Source: an uncultured Gemmatimonadaceae bacterium (GTDB taxonomy: Bacteria; Gemmatimonadota; Gemmatimonadetes; Gemmatimonadales; Gemmatimonadaceae). From it: a stretch of DNA of 64,000 nucleotides. The stretch lies in the NCBI GenBank assembly GCA_963716745.1, contig OY970320.1, positions 1,472,001 to 1,536,000 of the forward strand, read 5' to 3'. Numbering within the stretch: position 1 is the first letter of the stretch; each line of letters opens with the position of its first letter. The notes below the pieces were generated by a model. It was not told the origin of the DNA and ran no database searches. It worked only from the letters and a program-made list of their open reading frames with translations. A program made the position numbers and the translations under genes. Positions 59,197-64,000 of the stretch are shown here, piece after piece.

Positions 59197-60468
59197 CCGA
59201 ACGCATCGATGTGATCGTCGTAGGCGGCGGACCGGCGGGCAGCTCCGCCGCCTGGCATCTCGCGCGCGGCGGCGCGCGCGTCGTGCTGCTCGATCGTGCC
59301 CGCTTCCCGCGCGACAAGCCGTGCGCCGAATACCTGAGCCCCGAAGCCTCGCGGATCCTCGAATCGATGGGCGTGCTCGGCGCGTGCGAGCGCGCGGGCG
59401 CGGCGGCGCTGGCGGGCATGATCGTGCGCTCGCCCGCCGGCACGGTCGCGCAGGGCGCGTTCACGGCGGCGCACGGATTCCGTCCGTTCCGCGACCGCGG
59501 ACTCGGCCTGCGTCGCACCGCGCTCGACGCGCTCGTGCTCGGAGCAGCGCGGGATGCGGGCGTGAACGTGATCGAGGGGGAGCAGGTGACTGATGTGATC
59601 CGCGACGAGCGCGGCGTGGCGACCGGCGTGCGCACGCTCGAGAACGGCGCGGCGCGCGAGCGGCGCGCGGCGCTTGTCGTGGGCGCCGACGGCCTGCGTT
59701 CCGTGGTCGGGCGCCGGCTCGGCCTCACACGCTTCGCACGCGTGCCGCGCCGGCTCGCATTCGTGACGCACTACCGGGGCATACGCGGCATGTCAGGCTT
59801 CGGCGAGATGCACGTCGAGCGTGACGGCTACTTCGGCCTCGCCCCGGTGGAAGACGGATTGACCAACGTCGCGATCGTCGCGCCGGTGAGCGTCGCGCGC
59901 GCCGCGCGCGGACGCGCCGGACCGTTCTTCGATGCGTGGATCGCGTCGCGGCCGCAACTCGCCCCGCGGTTCGCCGGCGCGGAGCGCGTGGGCGCGGTGA
60001 GCGCCACCGGTCCGTTCGCGCAACGCGCGCGCCGCGCGTGGTCGCCGGGAGCGGCGCTAGTCGGGGATGCCGCCGATTTCTTCGACCCGTTCACCGGCGA
60101 GGGCATCTATGCCGCGTTGCTGGGCGGGGAGCTGTTGGCGCCGTTCGCGCTCGCGGCGCTCGGTGCATCCACCGCGAAGATCGCCGCGGAGTCGCTCGCC
60201 GGCTACGATCGCGCGCGGCGCCGCGCGTTCGGAGGGAAATGGGTGGTCGAGCGGTTCGTCGGACTCGCGGTGGCGAGTCCCATCGCTCATGGACCGCATC
60301 ACGCGATCGTTGGCGGCCTCACCCGACATGGCGGATCTCGTGGTGGGCGTCGGCGGCGACTTCGTACCGACGAGTGCCGTGCTTACGCCGCGGTTCCTCG
60401 CACGCTTGCTGTTCGGCATGCCTCGCGTCAGGCCGGCGGCCGTCCAGCCGCTCACCCGGGCGCGGTGA
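59193..60468 (+). CDS. FAD-dependent oxidoreductase (geranylgeranyl-reductase-like); one frameshift near 60281
   Basis: 'GGGPAG', 'FPRDKPCAEYLSP', 'GADG.RS', 'VGDAA..DPFTGEGI'. Confidence 0.88.
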
Positions 60469-60470
60469 CC

Positions 60471-60944
60471 ATGATCGATCCCGATCTCTTCCGCAGCGTG
60501 CTCGGCCGCTTCACGAGCGGCGTGACCGTCGCCACGGCGCGCGATGCGTCCGGAGAGGACCACGGCATGACCGTGAGCTCGTTCTGCTCGCTGAGCCTCT
60601 CGCCGCCGCTCGTGCTCATCTGCGTGGAGCAGAGCACCGAATTACACCGCGTGCTCGCGACTGCGCGCGCGTTCGCGGTGAACGTGCTGGCCGACGACCA
60701 GGAGATGATCTCGCGGCGGTTCGCCGAGCCCGACGCGGGGCGTTTCGAGGGGCTCGCCTTCACGCGCGGCGTGAGCGGCTGCGCACTGCTCGCCGGCACG
60801 CTGGCGTCCATCGAGTGCACGGTGCGCGCCCGGCACCCGGAGGGCGACCATACGATCGTCGTCGGCGAGGTCACGGCCGCGGCAGCGCGCGATGGCCGGC
60901 CGCTGCTCTACTACCGCGGCGGCTATACCGTGATGGAGCGCTAG
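60471..60944 (+). CDS. Flavin reductase-like protein (HpaC/NtaB family)
   Basis: 'FRSVLGRF.SGVTV', 'GMT.SSF.SLSL.PPLVL', 'GDH.I..G.V', 'PLLYYRG'. Confidence 0.93.
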   Translation: MIDPDLFRSVLGRFTSGVTVATARDASGEDHGMTVSSFCSLSLSPPLVLICVEQSTELHRVLATARAFAVNVLADDQEMISRRFAEPDAGRFEGLAFTRGVSGCALLAGTLASIECTVRARHPEGDHTIVVGEVTAAAARDGRPLLYYRGGYTVMER

Positions 60945-60945
60945 C

Positions 60946-61654
60946 GTGGCGTCGCCCCTCACCCCGCGGCGCCGGCGCGGTATCGAGATCCTCGACGATC
61001 CGACGCTTGCCCCCGAGTTGCGATTGCGCTCGCTCGCGGATGTCGAGCCGCGCCAACGCGCTCTTCGGCGGCACGCGCGCGGTGCTGGCCGAGCTGGAGA
61101 TCGCGCTCGACGCATCGCCGGCGCGCGAGGCGACGCTGCTCGATGTCGGTACCGGGCTGGGCGATATCCCGCGGCGCGCCGTCGCGATGGCGCGCGCGCG
61201 TGGACGCACCCTGCACGCGGCCGGCGTCGAACTCGCCGAGCCGCTCGCGCGCGGCGCGCGTGGCGACGAGTTCCCGGTGGCCTGTGCCGACGCGCGCGCG
61301 CTCCCCTTCGCCGACCGGAGCTTCGATTTCGTCACCTGTTCGCAACTGCTGCATCACTTCGACGGCGACGCGGCGCTCGCGCTGCTGCGCGAGCTGCACC
61401 GCGTGGCGCGGCGTCTCGTGATCGTGAGCGAACTACGCCGCAGCTGGTTGGCGGCCGCAGGGATATGGCTCGTGTCGTACCCGCTGCGCTTCCATCCGGT
61501 GAGCCGGCACGACGGAGTCGTGTCGGTGTTCCGCGGTTTCCGCCGCGGCGAACTGCGCGAACTCGTGCGCGAAGCGGTGTCGCGCGATGCCGACGTCCGC
61601 GACCGGCTCGGCTTCCGCACCACGGCCGCCTGGATCCCGGTGGAGGTCGCGTGA
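60946..61654 (+). CDS. SAM-dependent methyltransferase; one frameshift near 61046
   Basis: 'E.LDDP', 'LLDVGTG.GD', 'DA.ALPF...SFD', 'LHHF', 'HDG..SV.RGF'. Confidence 0.87.
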
Positions 61655-62196
61655 CCGAGCTCGAGCTGGCGCCTCCGTACGAATTGGGCGCGATGCCCGG
61701 CGGCCGTCTCATGGAGACCGTCGATGAACGCCTCGTACGCGCTCCCGTCGGCGCCATGTTCGAGCTCGCGCGCGACGTGGAGCGCTGGCCCGACCACCTC
61801 GCCCACTACCGCTGGGTGCGGTTCCACGAGCGCGCCGCCGACGGCGGTGGCATCGTCGAGATGGCGGCGTGGCGCCCGTTCGGCATTTTCGGCATCCGCA
61901 CCTGGTGGATGTCGGAGATGCAGGTGGACGACGCGCGGCCGGCGATACGGTTCCGTCACATCATGGGTGTCACCAAGCGGATGGACGTGGAATGGAGCTT
62001 CACGCCGGCCGACGGCGGGACGCACGTGCGCATCGTGCACGTATGGGACGGCCCGCGCTGGCCGCTGATCGGCGGCTTCGCCGCCACACGCGTGATCGGC
62101 CCCGTATTCGTGCACGGGATCGCCTCGCGCACGCTCGCCGGACTCGCGGCCGCGGCGGAACGCGGCTCGAATGGCACTCTCACGGGTAGTGACTGA
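61651..62196 (+). CDS. SRPBCC/START-domain protein (polyketide cyclase / Coq10-like)
   Basis: 'AP....F.LA.DVE.WP..L.HY..V', 'I.F.H..G....M.VEW.F', 'T.V.I.H'. Confidence 0.82.
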   Translation: MTELELAPPYELGAMPGGRLMETVDERLVRAPVGAMFELARDVERWPDHLAHYRWVRFHERAADGGGIVEMAAWRPFGIFGIRTWWMSEMQVDDARPAIRFRHIMGVTKRMDVEWSFTPADGGTHVRIVHVWDGPRWPLIGGFAATRVIGPVFVHGIASRTLAGLAAAAERGSNGTLTGSD

Positions 62197-62197
62197 G

Positions 62198-63441
62198 ATG
62201 AAACGACGCGTCGCGATCACCGGCATCGGCGCCATCACGCCGATCGGCACCAGTTCCTCGGGATTGTGGGACGGGCTTCGCGCGCAGCGCAGCGCCGTGC
62301 GGGAGCTCACGCGCTTCGATCCGTCGATCTTCCGCAGCCACATCGCGGCCGAGGTGAACGACTTCGTCCCCACGGATCATCTGGAAGCAGAAGCGCGCCA
62401 AGCGTCTCGACCGATTCGGGCAATTCAGCGTCGCCACCGCGCGCCTCGCGATCGAGGACTCCGGCATCGATCTCGCCGTCGAGGACAAGGAGCGCGATCG
62501 GCGCGATGATGGGCACGGCACTCGGCGGCGTGGGCTACGCCGAGGAACAGTGCGGCGTGTTCTACCGCGGGAGCGTGAAGCGATGTGGATCCGATGCTCG
62601 CGCTCACGGTGTTCGGCGGCGCCTCGAGCTGCAACATGGCCATCGAGTTCGGCGTGCAAGGTCCGAACAGCACTAACGCGATGAGCTGCGCGAGCGGCAC
62701 CATCGCGATCGGCGATGCTTTCCGGCAGATCCGCGATGGCTACGCCGACGTGATGATCGCGGGCGGCGCCGAAGCGCCGCTCTGGCCGCTCTGTTACGGC
62801 GCGTTCGCGCTCATCCGCGCCATGAGCACGCGCAACGACGATCCGTCGGCGCGCGTCGCGTCCGTTCGACAAGGATCGCGACGGGTTCGTGATGGGCGAG
62901 GGCGCGGCGGTGCTCATGCTCGAGGAGATGAGCGCGGGCGAAGGCGCGCGGCGCGCGCATCTACGGCGAGGTGTGCGGCTACGGGATGAGCAACGACGCG
63001 TATCACATGACCGCACCGCGCCCCGATGGTTCGCAGGCGGCGCGCAGCATGCAGCGCGCGCTCGACGACGCGGGCCTCGCCCCCACCGAGATCGGCTATG
63101 TGAACGCCCACGGCAGCTCCACACCGCTCAACGATTCCACCGAGACCCTCGCGATCCGCCGCGTGTTCGGCGACCACGCCGCCGCGCTGCCGGTGAGCGG
63201 CACCAAGGGCTATTACGGTCACGCGCTGGGTGCGAGCGGCGCGATCGAGGCCGCGATCTGCGCCCTCGCGATGGAGCAGGCGTGGCTGCCGCCCACGGTG
63301 AATCTCGATTCGCCGGATGCGGCATGCGCGCTGGATCACGTGCCGCGCGCGGGGCTGCAGGGCAGGCCCGAACACATCCTGTCGAACAGTTTCGGATTCG
63401 GCGGCATCAATGCCGCCCTGGTGCTCCGCCGCGCCGACTGA
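62198..63441 (+). CDS. fabF: Beta-ketoacyl-ACP synthase II-type ketosynthase; five +1 frameshifts (~62389, 62496, 62581, 62850, 62934)
   Basis: 'RRVAITGIG.ITP.G', 'DRF.Q', catalytic 'SCASG', 'SRPFD..RDGFVMGEG', 'NAHGSST', 'GH.LGA', 'SNSFGFGG.N'. Confidence 0.88.
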
Positions 63442-63472
63442 CTTGTCCGGTTCGCGCGCTATCTTACTGGGC

Positions 63473-63982
63473 ATGCTGAATCGTTCGTTGGGCTGCGCCG
63501 CACTCGTGCTGGTCGCGCTCGCCGCGTGCAACGGGCCGGAACGCGGCCCCGACGCCGAGAAGATCGTCTCGCATTTCGTGCGCGCCGATACGCTCGGCAG
63601 CTGGGACGAGGCGATCTCGCTCGTTGCGCCGTGCGACACGAGCGCAACCGCACCGCCGATCCGCGTCACGCGATCCGTGTCCGTGGGCGGCGCGCAACAA
63701 GGCAAAGGCAAGGACAGCATCCTCGTCGCCGCGTACTATCAGGTCGCGGGCACGGCGGTATCGGGCGAGACGCTGGGGAACGGCGTCACGGTGTGGCACT
63801 TTACCCCGGCCGCCGCCACCGACACTGTCACCTTCCGCCTCGGCCCCGACAGCTTCGGCCGCCTCATGATCGCCTGCGGCCCGCTTCCGGTTCATCGTGC
63901 GCCCATGGAGATGCCCGATCAAGTCACGCAGATGGACTCGGCATCGCGCGCCGCGTTCGACGCGGCGGTCGCAAGACGCTAG
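63473..63982 (+). CDS. Hypothetical lipoprotein
   Basis: Lipobox 'LAAC' after a hydrophobic stretch; no recognised domain. Confidence 0.6.
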   Translation: MLNRSLGCAALVLVALAACNGPERGPDAEKIVSHFVRADTLGSWDEAISLVAPCDTSATAPPIRVTRSVSVGGAQQGKGKDSILVAAYYQVAGTAVSGETLGNGVTVWHFTPAAATDTVTFRLGPDSFGRLMIACGPLPVHRAPMEMPDQVTQMDSASRAAFDAAVARR

Positions 63983-64000
63983 ACGCATGCAGTTGCCGTC

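Noticed and set aside
58317..60944. Apparent flavoprotein-flavin reductase fusion (875-aa ORF)
   Set aside because: Caused by the extra C near 60281; the repaired flavoprotein ends at 60468 and the reductase has its own start.
59193..60944. Two-component flavin-dependent halogenase
   Set aside because: The WxWxIP halogenase motif is absent ('GYFGLAP' instead) and the 'RDKPC' motif is GGR-like.
60946..62196. Apparent 416-aa ORF joining the methyltransferase N-terminus to SRPBCC
   Set aside because: Artefact of the indel near 61046; the methyltransferase motifs lie in another frame ending at 61654.
62380..62940. Programmed frameshifting or phase variation in the ketosynthase
   Set aside because: Five independent +1 sites with no slippery heptamers or long homopolymers; sequencing error is more parsimonious.

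Overview
High-GC (roughly 68-70%, estimated by eye) bacterial chromosomal DNA with about 55 densely packed genes, many translationally coupled. Gene content and style suggest a Gemmatimonadota-like diderm (inference). In order: DUF58 gene convergent with an RDD-SpoIIM fusion and a Ycf46-type AAA ATPase; CPBP protease and DUF3857 transglutaminase; quinone reductase with a two-component system and esterase; a four-gene Ser/Thr-kinase envelope module; a ynbA/acyltransferase/ynbB-like lipid operon with a Cys-rich Sel1-like protein; two DUF4136 lipoproteins; queCED; DUF748; TolC-MFP-RND-YncE; M28 enzyme-comEA-pilBTC; lptFG-mlaED; a TonB-dependent receptor; two APC permeases; a mini-CoxII-like ORF with ctaA-ctaB-ABC exporter; M24 peptidase; a V4R-like protein; and a tightly coupled biosynthetic operon (DUF92, B12 radical SAM, GGR-like flavoprotein, flavin reductase, methyltransferase, START/SRPBCC, FabF-type ketosynthase). 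I found no rRNA, tRNA, CRISPR array, transposase or integrase. About 15 single-base frameshifts, nearly all +1 insertions, look like long-read consensus errors. Best leads: (1) the KS+START lipid/polyketide operon, (2) a probable glutaminyl cyclase together with a Q+1 signal-peptide bias in this window's secreted proteins, (3) a stand-alone CoxII-like transmembrane hairpin coupled to the heme A/O synthases, (4) long palindromes and heptamer repeats, including an identical 18-mer bracketing the pilus block. All family calls come from motif recognition; no database search was run.
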